A stretch of 64,000 nt of DNA from an uncultured Alphaproteobacteria bacterium (GCA_944393215.1 CALXZL010000002.1:141226-205225); one strand, 5' to 3'. Counted from the stretch's first letter, positions 38,575-48,205 are shown. Numbers and translations are program-made. The notes: generated by a model not told the origin, from the letters alone.

Positions 38575-39642
38575 ATGTCACGTGCGGAAGACATTTTTCA
38601 AAAACTCATTTATTTCGGAGAAGATGCCATTGATGAATTTATCATCAACCAACAAACCGAAGAGCTGTTTTTGGACTTCAAGCAAGCCGTATCTGTCGGC
38701 AAAAACTTTGTAACTCTGCATAGAGATGACCGCAAAAATCTCTCCAAAGCCATTTCCGGTTTTGGCAACTCCGAAGGCGGCGTGATAATTTGGGGTGTGG
38801 ATTGCGCCCGCGATAATGAAATCGGCGATGTTGCAAAGGCCAAGGTTAAAGTCAAAAACGTGCACCGTTTTTTAAGCTGGCTGGAAAATGCCATTTCGGG
38901 CTGTACCATTCCCAGCCATAACAAAGTCAGAAATCATATCATCAGCTGTGATAAAAACGGCGATGGCTTTATTGCCACCTATATTCCGAAATCAGAATTA
39001 GCTCCTTTAATGTCCACCACCAACGGCGCCATTTACATCCGCTCCGGCTCCAACAACGTGCCTGCACCTTATTCTGTTATTGCCGGTATGTTTGGAAGAT
39101 ATCCGCAACCCAATGTGGAATTGATTCTGGCAGACAAGCAAATCAAAGTTTTGGATAATGCCGATGAAGATTTGATTTATCCGCTGAATATGAAAAATCC
39201 GCCCAAGAAATATGTCAAAATCAGCTTTGCCATCCATGCCGAAAATGTCAGTAATGTCATTGCCAGAGAGATTTATTTAACTTGCCGCACGGTCAGCACC
39301 GGAAGTGAATATAATAAAATTCGTTTTACCAATTATAATCAAATGGACTCAATCCCCGGCATTGAAAATCAGCTCAATTTGATAACCAAACCGGAATTAA
39401 GACTTCCGCCGCGCGGCATTTTCAAGTTCTGCAACGTGGATATTATATTATCACCTTTTGCCGAAGATGATTTGGTCTTAGACGGCGTGATCGGGGCTGA
39501 TGAATGCGCGCCCAAAGACTTTGACGTGCATATTGCCAAAAACAATCTGCGTTCTTTTGTCGCCAAAGTTTTAAGAAACAGCAAAAATCCCGACAAATTG
39601 TTGAACGAATTTTTCTCGGAATTTTTAATTAATATGGAATAG
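38575..39642 (+). CDS. AlbA_2 (Schlafen-like, divergent AAA) domain protein with an unknown C-terminal domain of about 220 aa
   Basis: ELFLDFKQ plus ISGFGNSEGGVIIWGVD is the diagnostic AlbA_2/Schlafen core signature (LEFK ... AFANS-GG-IIGV). The C-terminal half has no recognisable motifs. Confidence 0.7.
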   Translation: MSRAEDIFQKLIYFGEDAIDEFIINQQTEELFLDFKQAVSVGKNFVTLHRDDRKNLSKAISGFGNSEGGVIIWGVDCARDNEIGDVAKAKVKVKNVHRFLSWLENAISGCTIPSHNKVRNHIISCDKNGDGFIATYIPKSELAPLMSTTNGAIYIRSGSNNVPAPYSVIAGMFGRYPQPNVELILADKQIKVLDNADEDLIYPLNMKNPPKKYVKISFAIHAENVSNVIAREIYLTCRTVSTGSEYNKIRFTNYNQMDSIPGIENQLNLITKPELRLPPRGIFKFCNVDIILSPFAEDDLVLDGVIGADECAPKDFDVHIAKNNLRSFVAKVLRNSKNPDKLLNEFFSEFLINME

Positions 39643-39649
39643 ATAAGAG

Positions 39650-40096
39650 ATGACGGCTATTGAAATTTTTACCGACGGAGCTTGTTCCGGCAACCCCGGA
39701 GCCGGTGGCTGGGGCGTTATTCTGCGCTATGGCGAAACCGAAAAAGAATTAAGTGGCGGAGATGCGCAAACCACCAACAACCGTATGGAGTTGACCGCGG
39801 TAATAGAGGCGCTCAAAGCCTTAAAAAGAGAGTGTGAAATCACCCTTTATACCGATAGTCGTTATGTGATGGACGGTGTCAATGAATGGATGCCTAATTG
39901 GAAGAAAAACGGCTGGAAAACCACCAACAAAAAATCCGCCGTCAAAAATTTGGAACTCTGGCAAGAACTGGATAGTTTGTTACCCAAACACAAAATCAAA
40001 TGGGTTTGGGTTAAGGGACATAACGGACATCCCGAAAACGAGCGTGTAGACAAACTCGCCCGCGACGCCGCCAAAAGCTTTTTAGAAAAAGATTAA
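39650..40096 (+). CDS. rnhA: Ribonuclease HI
   Basis: [20 protein letters not shown], ...TNNRMEL, ...YTDSRYV, ...[15 protein letters not shown] give the DEDD active site and the His of RNase H. Confidence 0.92.
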   Translation: MTAIEIFTDGACSGNPGAGGWGVILRYGETEKELSGGDAQTTNNRMELTAVIEALKALKRECEITLYTDSRYVMDGVNEWMPNWKKNGWKTTNKKSAVKNLELWQELDSLLPKHKIKWVWVKGHNGHPENERVDKLARDAAKSFLEKD

Positions 40097-40356
40097 AACT
40101 CATAAATATAAATCAAAACCAAATTGAAAATGGTCAAGATTGCCATCAAAACAGGCTCTTCACGAACGCTGGCAATTCTCTTTTGCTCATAAGAATAAAA
40201 ATAGATAAAAAAGCTATAAAGTGTCACCCATAAAGGATAAGACAACAAATTGCAAACAACAAAGAGATTCAAGAGTGATATTGAAGCATAAGCGACAAAA
40301 GCAAACAACCCCGTTCCAATGGTTTTTATTGTCCGAATATAATCCTCTGCCTGCAT
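40093..40356 (-). CDS. Small membrane protein, 87 aa, 2 predicted TM helices
   Basis: It has hydrophobic stretches. Its stop overlaps the rnhA stop in convergent orientation. Confidence 0.4.
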   Translation of the reverse strand: MQAEDYIRTIKTIGTGLFAFVAYASISLLNLFVVCNLLSYPLWVTLYSFFIYFYSYEQKRIASVREEPVLMAILTIFNLVLIYIYEF

Positions 40357-40539
40357 GTTTCAACTCACCTGTTATTGTAAATATGCTTGATTATAATTAA
40401 AACAATCGCTCCAATCAAGTTTTCTCTTTGGGTTACAAAACATTTTTGACAAAATTGTCTATTTTATGCTTGCCACCCTCCTCATTTTGTGATATAAACT
40501 TAAGCAGAAAAAAATATTACTAATTAAAATCATAAGTAT

Positions 40540-40917
40540 ATGGAAAAAGAAATTATTATTAAAAGAATGAAAAATGTATTGAAAGCTATCTGGTACCATG
40601 TAAAATCATGGACAACAGCATTTTTTATGATGTTTCTTATGGTCTCCGGAGTAACTGCTCCGTGGCTATTTTTTGGAAAATGGGCCGATATTATTGCAGA
40701 GATATGGCATGAAGGAAATTTACTTTACATTCCGGATTTGATAGGACTACTTGGATATGTAGCAGGAATAATTATGTTTTCTTTCGTTGCAGTTGTTGGT
40801 GCTATTGCCATAATCTACGCAAGTGGCTATATTATATACAAATTCTACGCTTATTTCTTCAAAAAAGACCGAAATGCCCTTAGGGACATCCTTGATGAGC
40901 TTGTATATAAATTCTGA
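40540..40917 (+). CDS. Small membrane protein, 125 aa, 3 predicted TM helices
   Basis: It has hydrophobic helices and lies in the insertion-like cluster between rnhA and dsbD. Confidence 0.45.
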   Translation: MEKEIIIKRMKNVLKAIWYHVKSWTTAFFMMFLMVSGVTAPWLFFGKWADIIAEIWHEGNLLYIPDLIGLLGYVAGIIMFSFVAVVGAIAIIYASGYIIYKFYAYFFKKDRNALRDILDELVYKF

Positions 40918-40995
40918 AAATAATACCACCACCTCAAAAAACTCACCTTCCGCATGGAAGATGAGTTTTTCTTTTTTAAGTCTAAAAATCTTCAA

Positions 40996-41286
40996 TCATT
41001 TTCCCAAAAATTGATACCAATTTTTAATCGCCAAATGATACAAAAACTCCCAATTTAAAAAGCATATCAACCAAGAAAAAATAAAAATAAGATTTGTTGA
41101 TACCATAAAATATTTATCTTGAAAAAACCAATTCATAATAAAATAAAATGCAATACTCATATACAGCAACACAAACAAAAAAGAAAAAGGAACAGCCTCA
41201 CTCAAACTACAAATAACAGCCCCTCCGATAGCAAAACCACTGGCATCAAGAAAAAGAGCATTCAGAATTTTCTTTAATTTTTGCAT
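40996..41286 (-). CDS. Small membrane protein, 96 aa, immediately downstream of the PG-binding glycine-zipper gene; a putative immunity protein
   Basis: It has 3 hydrophobic helices and sits 28 bp downstream of the 41314 gene on the same strand. Confidence 0.45.
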   Translation of the reverse strand: MQKLKKILNALFLDASGFAIGGAVICSLSEAVPFSFLFVLLYMSIAFYFIMNWFFQDKYFMVSTNLIFIFSWLICFLNWEFLYHLAIKNWYQFLGK

Positions 41287-41313
41287 AGCTTATTCCTTTT
41301 TCATAATATTTAA

Positions 41314-42126
41314 TTATTTGTTTTTATCTTTCTTAGAAAAGACCTCATCCCATACTTTATCGACACCTTTTCCAACACCTTCGTCCATTAAACCTCTGAC
41401 CAGAGGAGTTCCTCCTCGAGCTCCATGCAGAGATTTAACAACTTTATGCCCCAACAGAGCTCCTGTAATGCTTTTCGCTGTTGAATCTGCATAATCCGAA
41501 CTGCCGCTAGCTGAACCAACACCATATGTTATACCTGAACCAACTGCATCAAGCAAGTTTTTTCTTGCTAACTTTTGAGCTGGTGATGAAGCTCTTGTTT
41601 TGCTAAATTTTATCGGAGATGAAATAGCACCAGCCACTTCCATTCCTCCTGTTAATATCGGCGCCTTTTTATATCCCTCTTCCAAAACACTTCTTCTATT
41701 ATCACGGTATTTTTTATATCCGCGCTCAAATGCTTCAGACATACTTTCTTTTTGCTTATTCCACTTTGGATTTAAACTTCCCAAAGCATAACCGACACCA
41801 CCGATAGCTCCTTCAGCTTCATCTGCCCATCCAAAGCTTAGTCCCTGCAAACCTCCTGTTGCTCCATATTCTCCTTTTTTCAATATCTTATTAAACATAG
41901 ATTCCGTTTCACCTTTAGGTTTCATAACGCCATCTATTTTTAAATTTTTATCTTTTTGAAAAGACCTTATTCCATCAAACATTTTTGTATCGACTATGGC
42001 ATCAATTCCCCATTCAGGTTCTTTATAATAGCCAAAATTCTTTAAATGTTTTTTGACATTGATAACATCATCAGAATCAATGTCTGCTGTTGTTTCAGAA
42101 ACTTCTTTTTTCAAATTAAATGGTTG
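41314..42126 (-). CDS. Peptidoglycan-binding domain protein with a Gly-rich (glycine-zipper-like) C-terminal region and no signal peptide; a toxin or bacteriocin-like candidate. The track ORF runs to 42234; the start at 42126 has an AGGAG RBS.
   Basis: The PG_binding_1-like region is VINVKKHLKNFGYYKEPEWGIDAIVDTKMFDGIRSFQKDKNLKIDGVMKPKGET. The C-terminal Gly/Ala/Ser-rich region includes GATGGLQGLSFGWADEAEGAIGGVGYALGSL. A minus-strand terminator hairpin lies upstream at 42160..42198. Confidence 0.6.
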   Translation of the reverse strand, partial: QPFNLKKEVSETTADIDSDDVINVKKHLKNFGYYKEPEWGIDAIVDTKMFDGIRSFQKDKNLKIDGVMKPKGETESMFNKILKKGEYGATGGLQGLSFGWADEAEGAIGGVGYALGSLNPKWNKQKESMSEAFERGYKKYRDNRRSVLEEGYKKAPILTGGMEVAGAISSPIKFSKTRASSPAQKLARKNLLDAVGSGITYGVGSASGSSDYADSTAKSITGALLGHKVVKSLHGARGGTPLVRGLMDEGVGKGVDKVWDEVFSKKDKNK

Positions 42127-42258
42127 CATAAATAAAACTCCTATTAAAATTTTTAAAACAAAAAAAAGCTGATGAAAATTCATCAGCTTTAAAACGAACA
42201 CACTTATCCCAAGTGATAATTCAATATAATACAAAAAGTCTCAAAAGTCAAGGAATTT

Positions 42259-42455
42259 TTTCCTAATCCGCAAAACCTTTAATCACTTTTGTCAGCTCGT
42301 CTTCTGTCAAAATCTCGGGCAAGACCATACCGTCCGGCACACTGCGGCTAAAGATAATATAAAACGGCAAGCCGGAGCGTCCGAACTGCCGTTAGCTGAA
42401 CCAACACCATATGTTATACCTGAACCAACTGCATCAAGCAAGTTTTTTCTTGACA
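42259..42455 (-). repeat. Chimeric duplicated fragment. It is a copy of the dsbD 3' end of about 130 bp at 42259..42390 (about 95% identical to 43352..43480), joined at a 9-bp microhomology (tccgaactg) to a 62-bp copy of an internal segment of the 41314 gene (41505..41566, 1 mismatch). Together they form a small fusion ORF remnant.
   Basis: I aligned the two pairs by eye. cctaatccgcaaaacctttaatcacttttgtcagctcgtcttc[t/g]gtcaaaatctc[g/a]ggcaag... occurs at both 42259 and 43352. ccg[t/c]tagctgaaccaacaccatatgttatacctgaaccaactgcatcaagcaagttttttcttg occurs at both 42391 and 41503. Confidence 0.8.
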
Positions 42456-42574
42456 TATTAGGAATAATATCCTAAATATAATATTATCACTTAGGATAAT
42501 TGTGTCTTAAGTGATTTTTTTGCCCTGTCTAATAAACAGGGCTTTTTTTTACTATTTAACATATTGGAGGAAAA

Positions 42575-42880
42575 ATGAATTTAATACAATATATTGCACA
42601 AGCAGATCCTGAAGAAAAAATCATTTCTAGGGAAAATAATTTCATACAAAATGGAATTAATTGGTATCGCGAATATTCAAAAATAAGTAAATTAAACGAT
42701 AACAGAATTACAGATGAAAACAAACATCAATATATGAGCTGCTTAGCTGGACGAGGAGGAAAAGCAGAAGCTATTGCAGGTTGGGGAATTGGTCTTGGCA
42801 AAGAAGCCATTGATTTAACTAAAAAAACATTAAGCCCAAATGCTCGAAAAAGGTATAATGGTGTGGTAAATATTTTTTAA
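42575..42880 (+). CDS. Small hypothetical protein, 101 aa, with a glycine-zipper motif related to the one in the 41314 protein
   Basis: LAGRGGKAEAIAGWGIGLGKEAIDL resembles GWADEAEGAIGGVGYALGSL of the PG-binding protein. A GGAGG RBS precedes the start. Confidence 0.4.
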   Translation: MNLIQYIAQADPEEKIISRENNFIQNGINWYREYSKISKLNDNRITDENKHQYMSCLAGRGGKAEAIAGWGIGLGKEAIDLTKKTLSPNARKRYNGVVNIF

Positions 42881-43036
42881 AGATAGTCAAAAAGATATAA
42901 AAAACAACTGGAAAGGTTTACAATATGGACTTGAAAATAAAGGAAAATGTATAAATTTACTTGAACAAAAGCTTCCATAATTGACTATTATGAAAATATG
43001 TGAGAATATCTAAAAACAATTATAAGGTATTCTCAC

Positions 43037-43345
43037 ATGCTACAAAAAATTAAATCATTTTTTTACTGGAGCTTTTTCTTTGCAATCTTAACATCAGCCC
43101 TTGTTTTGGGCTTATTCTTTTTTATGCCTGATGAACATACATACAACACCTATCATGGAGATTTCATATATCAAAGCATCAAAATACTCTGCGGAACCGC
43201 ATATCTGATAACTCTTTTGATGCAGTTAGGCCAAAAAACTTCAAGCAAACTGAAACAATATGAAAAAGACCAATATCTTTTAATTGGCGCATCATTACTG
43301 ATAATAGAAATTTTATTTTTATCGGCAACATTACCTGAATTTTAA
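43037..43345 (+). CDS. Small membrane protein, 102 aa
   Basis: It has three hydrophobic helices and ends 7 bp before the dsbD stop in convergent orientation. Confidence 0.4.
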   Translation: MLQKIKSFFYWSFFFAILTSALVLGLFFFMPDEHTYNTYHGDFIYQSIKILCGTAYLITLLMQLGQKTSSKLKQYEKDQYLLIGASLLIIEILFLSATLPEF

Positions 43346-43351
43346 GGTTTC

Positions 43352-46057
43352 CTAATCCGCAAAACCTTTAATCACTTTTGTCAGCTCGTCTTCGGTCAAA
43401 ATCTCAGGCAAGACCATACCGTCCGGCACACTGCGGCTGAAGATGATATAAAACGGCAGACCGGAGCGTCCGAACTGGCGCATAAACTCTAATACTTTGC
43501 GGTCATAATCAGTCCAATCCACATCAATATATTTCACCTTGTAGAACTTTGCCAACTCCTCGATTTTGCTGTTGTCAAACACCGTCACGTCATTAAATTT
43601 ACAGGTCAGGCACCAATCTGCCCCCACCCGCACGATGACGATATTTCCTTCCTTCAAATAAGCATCAATCTGCGCGCGGTCAATTTTCACTTCTTTGGTT
43701 AGAGCCACTTCTGCCATATGGATTTTGAAGGATTTGTCGGCTTGATACAAGCACCCAATTGTCACGATAAGCAACAACACACTAATCACACGACGTACCA
43801 GCTTTTTGGCACTCTGGCGCACGGCTAAATCTTCATTTTGATTTTCGATTGAATCAAAAATCAAGCGCCGCATATAAAACATCAGGAGGAAGAAGGCAAG
43901 CCCTGCCCCCACCCAAAGAACCGTATGCCAATCGGTCTGCGCTTGCAAAATCGAGAGTAACCACACAATGGTTAGAATAAGCATCAAAATCATAAAGGCG
44001 CTGAGTTTTTGCATCCACGGACCGGGTTTGGGCATCAATTCTCCGAGATTCGGATAAGTTGCCAAAAGCAGATACGGCATTGCCAAACCCAAACCGACCA
44101 CTGGCAATAAGATGATGATATCCGTCATCGTGCCGGCAAGCGCAAAACCAAGTGTTGTACCAAGATAAGGCGCCGTACAAGGTGTGGCGACCAAAACAAT
44201 AAACAGCCCTGCCAAAATATTGATAAAATTATCCTGCCGCGGATCTTTATTTTTAAGCCTTTTCAAAATAAATTCCGGTGTTTTGATGTTAATCAGTCCC
44301 AAAATCTGAGCCGTAAAAAACACCATCACAATCGCCATCACCACCAAGAAATATGGGTTTTGGAATTGCATCCCCCAGCCGATTGCCACATCAACGGCTT
44401 TCAGCGCACACAACACGGCGGTTAAAATAACAAACGCCAGCATAATACCCAAAGCCGTATAAGCAAAGCTTTTGCGAATGGCTTTTTCTTCCAACGCCCC
44501 ATATCGGGTTAAGGTTAAAAATTTCAAAGACAACACCGGAAAAACGCACGGCATTAAGTTAAGAATAAATCCGCCGGCAAAAGCCATAATAATCAGCATC
44601 AGGGAAAGCGTTGGTTTATTGGCATCAAAAATGGAAGAAGCTTCGGGAACAATCTGAGTCCGTAGCATATCAAAAGAATTAATCCCGACTGTCAAACTAA
44701 ATTCTTTGCCAATAATGTTTTCTTCCGGATTCCGAACCTTCAAACGTGCAATAATCTCATCATCATTAAGCGTAATTTTCGGACGATAGAAAAGGATATT
44801 GTCTTTAGAATCAACAAATATCTTAACCTTTTCGGGATTTTTCTCGGTGTGAATAACAATTCGCAGTGTTTGAGCTCCGTTGGCATCAGTATCGACCACT
44901 GCTTTTTCAACATGTAAATTTTCATTATAAGCTTTGGGCAAATTATTATATGTGCGTTCAATAAAACTGCTGAAACCTGATCGCAGATAATCATCTCCGA
45001 CATCCAAACTCAACATCGGCTCAAATTCCACCGGATGACACTGATTTTGACCACAGATTGTGGCTTTAACATGAGCTTTGAGTTTCATCGGCTTGGTTTT
45101 ATCTTGCAAAGTAACTGCAACCGGCAAAGCAAAATTACCGACATAACCGAGAATATTATCATCCGTATTATCCACCACGCGTATGGGCATCGGCCACAAA
45201 ACTTGAGCATCCTTCACATTTTCCGAACCGGCAAAATCAAACGACGGCAACAAAATATTTTTTTCAGGACTCCACAAAAGCATATAACCGTCTTTTAATC
45301 TAAAATCCAAAACGGTTTGAATATTTTCGGAATTTATTGAAATTTCATTACTAAGCAGACGAGCATCACCATAAGCACTTTTTTGCCAACCGCCGATTCC
45401 CTTTTTGCCGGTAAAAGGATTATCATACACAATTCCGTAGAAGAAAAGCTTACTCCACTCTAACTCCTGTACCAAAGCCGAAAGGCGGAAAAATCCTTCC
45501 AAATCCTCACGTTCTTTTTGCATTTTCTTTTTATAATAAAGTTCCAGAGCTTCAAAATCGCGTGGATTATTACCATAACTCAAAACCTTCTTAAAATCTT
45601 GAATAATCAAAGGCTGATTTGATCCGGTATCAACATATTCCCAAGTTTTAGGCAAATCATAATCTTCTTCATCCACTTGCAAAGGCGGAGGAGCCGGAAC
45701 GAGCAATTTTTCTTTAATTTCATTATATTTATTTTTAAGAAAGCGATAAAACTTCACCCTGGCACGAATATCATCTGCCTTTTCTTCCTGCTCAATATCT
45801 GTTAAATCAGGATATTTTTCTCGCACCTGAGGTAAAATATCGCCATCAATTTTATCTCCGGGAAAATTTTTTTCAAAAAAATAATAATTACCGAGAATAT
45901 TACCTAATTGTTGATAAATATTAACCTCTTTATCGGCATTAACCTCTTCTTCCTCGGGCAAAAAGTCATAAACAACAGGAGATACGGTTTCTTGAGCATA
46001 AGAAACCGAAGTCATAAAAAAGCCAAAGACATAAAAGAATAATATAAATTTATTCAT
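43352..46057 (-). CDS. dsbD: Thiol:disulfide interchange protein DsbD, long form at 901 aa: periplasmic N-terminal domains, a TM core, and a C-terminal thioredoxin domain
   Basis: It has a signal peptide, a central 8-TM core with conserved Cys (NLMPCVFPVLSL; PCTAPYL), and a C-terminal thioredoxin fold with WCLTCK. Confidence 0.85.
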   Translation of the reverse strand: MNKFILFFYVFGFFMTSVSYAQETVSPVVYDFLPEEEEVNADKEVNIYQQLGNILGNYYFFEKNFPGDKIDGDILPQVREKYPDLTDIEQEEKADDIRARVKFYRFLKNKYNEIKEKLLVPAPPPLQVDEEDYDLPKTWEYVDTGSNQPLIIQDFKKVLSYGNNPRDFEALELYYKKKMQKEREDLEGFFRLSALVQELEWSKLFFYGIVYDNPFTGKKGIGGWQKSAYGDARLLSNEISINSENIQTVLDFRLKDGYMLLWSPEKNILLPSFDFAGSENVKDAQVLWPMPIRVVDNTDDNILGYVGNFALPVAVTLQDKTKPMKLKAHVKATICGQNQCHPVEFEPMLSLDVGDDYLRSGFSSFIERTYNNLPKAYNENLHVEKAVVDTDANGAQTLRIVIHTEKNPEKVKIFVDSKDNILFYRPKITLNDDEIIARLKVRNPEENIIGKEFSLTVGINSFDMLRTQIVPEASSIFDANKPTLSLMLIIMAFAGGFILNLMPCVFPVLSLKFLTLTRYGALEEKAIRKSFAYTALGIMLAFVILTAVLCALKAVDVAIGWGMQFQNPYFLVVMAIVMVFFTAQILGLINIKTPEFILKRLKNKDPRQDNFINILAGLFIVLVATPCTAPYLGTTLGFALAGTMTDIIILLPVVGLGLAMPYLLLATYPNLGELMPKPGPWMQKLSAFMILMLILTIVWLLSILQAQTDWHTVLWVGAGLAFFLLMFYMRRLIFDSIENQNEDLAVRQSAKKLVRRVISVLLLIVTIGCLYQADKSFKIHMAEVALTKEVKIDRAQIDAYLKEGNIVIVRVGADWCLTCKFNDVTVFDNSKIEELAKFYKVKYIDVDWTDYDRKVLEFMRQFGRSGLPFYIIFSRSVPDGMVLPEILTEDELTKVIKGFAD

Positions 46058-46104
46058 TAAAATACTGCCACCCGTGAAATTTTAGTTTTATAATATTATA
46101 TTTT

Positions 46105-46725
46105 ATGATATTATACAAGATAGTGTTTAAGTCAAAGAAGAAAATAGCAGGTGTTGGAATGAATAACAAGACAGATTTTTTAATCGGAAAATGCCTCGTT
46201 GCCATGCCCAATATGACCGACGAACGTTTTGCGCAAACGCTGATTTACATATGCTCCCACTCTTCGGAGGGAGCCATGGGTTTTATTGTCAATAAAAAGA
46301 TAAAAAAATTCTCTTTTGCCGACTTGGCAACCCAGCTTCCGATAACCCCGCTTCAACCGATAGCCCCGTTAGATTTGCATCAAGGCGGACCGTTGGAAAA
46401 GATTCGCGGTTTTGTTTTACATAGCACGGATTACATCAAAAAAGACACCATGGTTATAGATGAAAATATCGCCGTATCCTCTTCCATAGACATCATTACG
46501 GATATTGCTTTTGGCATTGGCCCCAAAGAAAATCTCATTGCTTTAGGCTATACAAGCTGGGGAGCGGAGCAACTTGAACGTGAAATAAAAAATAATGATT
46601 GGTTGATTATGACACCGAATACCGAACTGGTCTTCAAAACCAAAGATGAAGAAAAATGGCAAAAAGCCATAGATGAAATCGGTATAGATATTAACCGCCT
46701 ATCAACCTATGCCGGACACGCTTAA
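46105..46725 (+). CDS. yqgE: YqgE/AlgH family protein (UPF0301). The true start is probably the internal Met near 46159.
   Basis: LIGKCLVAMPNMTDERFAQTLIYICSHSSEGAMGFIVNK and LHQGGPLE are the family's characteristic motifs. Confidence 0.8.
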   Translation: MILYKIVFKSKKKIAGVGMNNKTDFLIGKCLVAMPNMTDERFAQTLIYICSHSSEGAMGFIVNKKIKKFSFADLATQLPITPLQPIAPLDLHQGGPLEKIRGFVLHSTDYIKKDTMVIDENIAVSSSIDIITDIAFGIGPKENLIALGYTSWGAEQLEREIKNNDWLIMTPNTELVFKTKDEEKWQKAIDEIGIDINRLSTYAGHA

Positions 46726-46762
46726 AAAAAGACAGCCGATATAAAATATCAGCTGTCTTTTT

Positions 46763-47638
46763 TTATACATTATAAACTTCTCTTAATTGTCGACGATACT
46801 TTTGGATCTCCGAAGACATATTGGACTTAATCTGCTCTTTATTTTTCCAAACGGCATAATAAGCCCAGAGAAATTGCCAAATACCATTGAAACAAAAAAC
46901 ATTAATTTTCAACGGATATTTTTTTGCCAAACGTTTTGAAGCCGCAACAACATCAGAAGATACTGTAAAATCCAAAGGCTTTTGTAAAGTTCCGGAATAA
47001 CGATCAATTCTATCATAAATAGAAGCAATTTCCGCCAACAGCAAAGATCCTTTACACAAACCTTTACAGTTATACACCTGCATCATATTCTGGATAGTAT
47101 CCTCAGGAACGTAATAATACATTGACGACAAAATATTCATCAAAGTATCTGATTCCACTTGATCCTGATATTGGAAATCCAAAAACTCGAATGTCTGTTT
47201 AACACGCAAAGATAAGCGTTTTGTCAGACACAGGATAGAAATTCCGATATTTGATTGCATTTTCTTATACAAATCCAAACAATTCAGTCCGGTATTTGTA
47301 CCGGCATCCAACACACAAATTTTTTGAGCAGGGACACCAAGAGCCATACATACGCGTTCTAATTTGTCCCCTTCTGACTCTCCGTTAGTATTTGTATACT
47401 TAGATAAAGGTCCCACACCGCCTACACACAATATCATTGGCCGATAATGATATGTTTGAAAAATTTGATAATATAAATCCACGGCATAAAAAGCAGAGGT
47501 AACATCATCATCAATACAAACCAAATAATTGGCAGCACGGAGTTTTCCTGTTTCATCAAAACAATTTGTTTGAACACTAAGCTGATTGAGAATCAATTCG
47601 GCATCAGCATAATCTCTTTTTGTAAAAAATTTTTCCAT
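46763..47638 (-). CDS. Hypothetical protein, 291 aa, possibly a DUF218/YdcF-like fold
   Basis: The ILCVGGVGP...DAGTNTGLN pattern resembles a nucleotide-binding Rossmann-like motif; the match is weak. Confidence 0.35.
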   Translation of the reverse strand: MEKFFTKRDYADAELILNQLSVQTNCFDETGKLRAANYLVCIDDDVTSAFYAVDLYYQIFQTYHYRPMILCVGGVGPLSKYTNTNGESEGDKLERVCMALGVPAQKICVLDAGTNTGLNCLDLYKKMQSNIGISILCLTKRLSLRVKQTFEFLDFQYQDQVESDTLMNILSSMYYYVPEDTIQNMMQVYNCKGLCKGSLLLAEIASIYDRIDRYSGTLQKPLDFTVSSDVVAASKRLAKKYPLKINVFCFNGIWQFLWAYYAVWKNKEQIKSNMSSEIQKYRRQLREVYNV

Positions 47639-47758
47639 AACTATAAATCTAATAATAAAAGCTTATGAACAAATATATTGTTATAGACAAAAAAGTCAAC
47701 ACAAAAAAAGCGACTTTTTTACAAAAGTCGCTTAAAAATCTTAAGTTTTAAGATTAAA

Positions 47759-48097
47759 TTATCCAAGTAAACTACCGTTAATAGATAAGTCTTGTGCGGG
47801 CATGTCAATAAAATATATATTAACGAATCGCTCTTTGGCATCAATTTCTTTAGCCAAAAAATCCGTCAGTTTTTTTGCCAAAGATTTTTTATCGGCAAAC
47901 CCGATTGACTTCATTTCAACCAAAGCACTTTTAATTTCTTTATCACCGCCGAATATCATCTGAGGCTGATAATCAAGCGTAACAATGACAAAAGAAATCG
48001 GTTTGTGCAATTCAGATGCCACAAATTGAGCGGCATCTTGCAAAAACATTTCCGAATTTTGAACTTTACAATTTGTATGAATGGTTAAAAAAGGCAT
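47759..48097 (-). CDS. Macrophage migration inhibitory factor (MIF) / tautomerase-superfamily protein with an N-terminal Pro
   Basis: MPFLTIHTN...FVIVTLDYQPQMIFGGDKEIKSALVEMKSIG...FVNIYFIDMPAQDLSINGSLLG is co-linear with vertebrate MIF (MPMFIVNTN...[20 protein letters not shown]). Confidence 0.75.
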   Translation of the reverse strand: MPFLTIHTNCKVQNSEMFLQDAAQFVASELHKPISFVIVTLDYQPQMIFGGDKEIKSALVEMKSIGFADKKSLAKKLTDFLAKEIDAKERFVNIYFIDMPAQDLSINGSLLG

Positions 48098-48205
48098 CTG
48101 ATTTTCTCCTAAAACAAACAGGAAACAGCTTAAACAATTTTATAAAATTATCAAGCCCAAAAAAAGAGGTATAATCTTGCACAAAGATTATACCTCTTCA
48201 TCACA

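Noticed and set aside
42126-42234. The N-terminal 36 codons of the 306-aa track ORF (MYYIELSLGISVFVLKLMNFHQLFFVLKILIGVLFM)
   Set aside because: An AGGAG RBS precedes the internal ATG (MQPFNLKK...). A minus-strand terminator hairpin lies in the extension, so the extension is unlikely to be translated.
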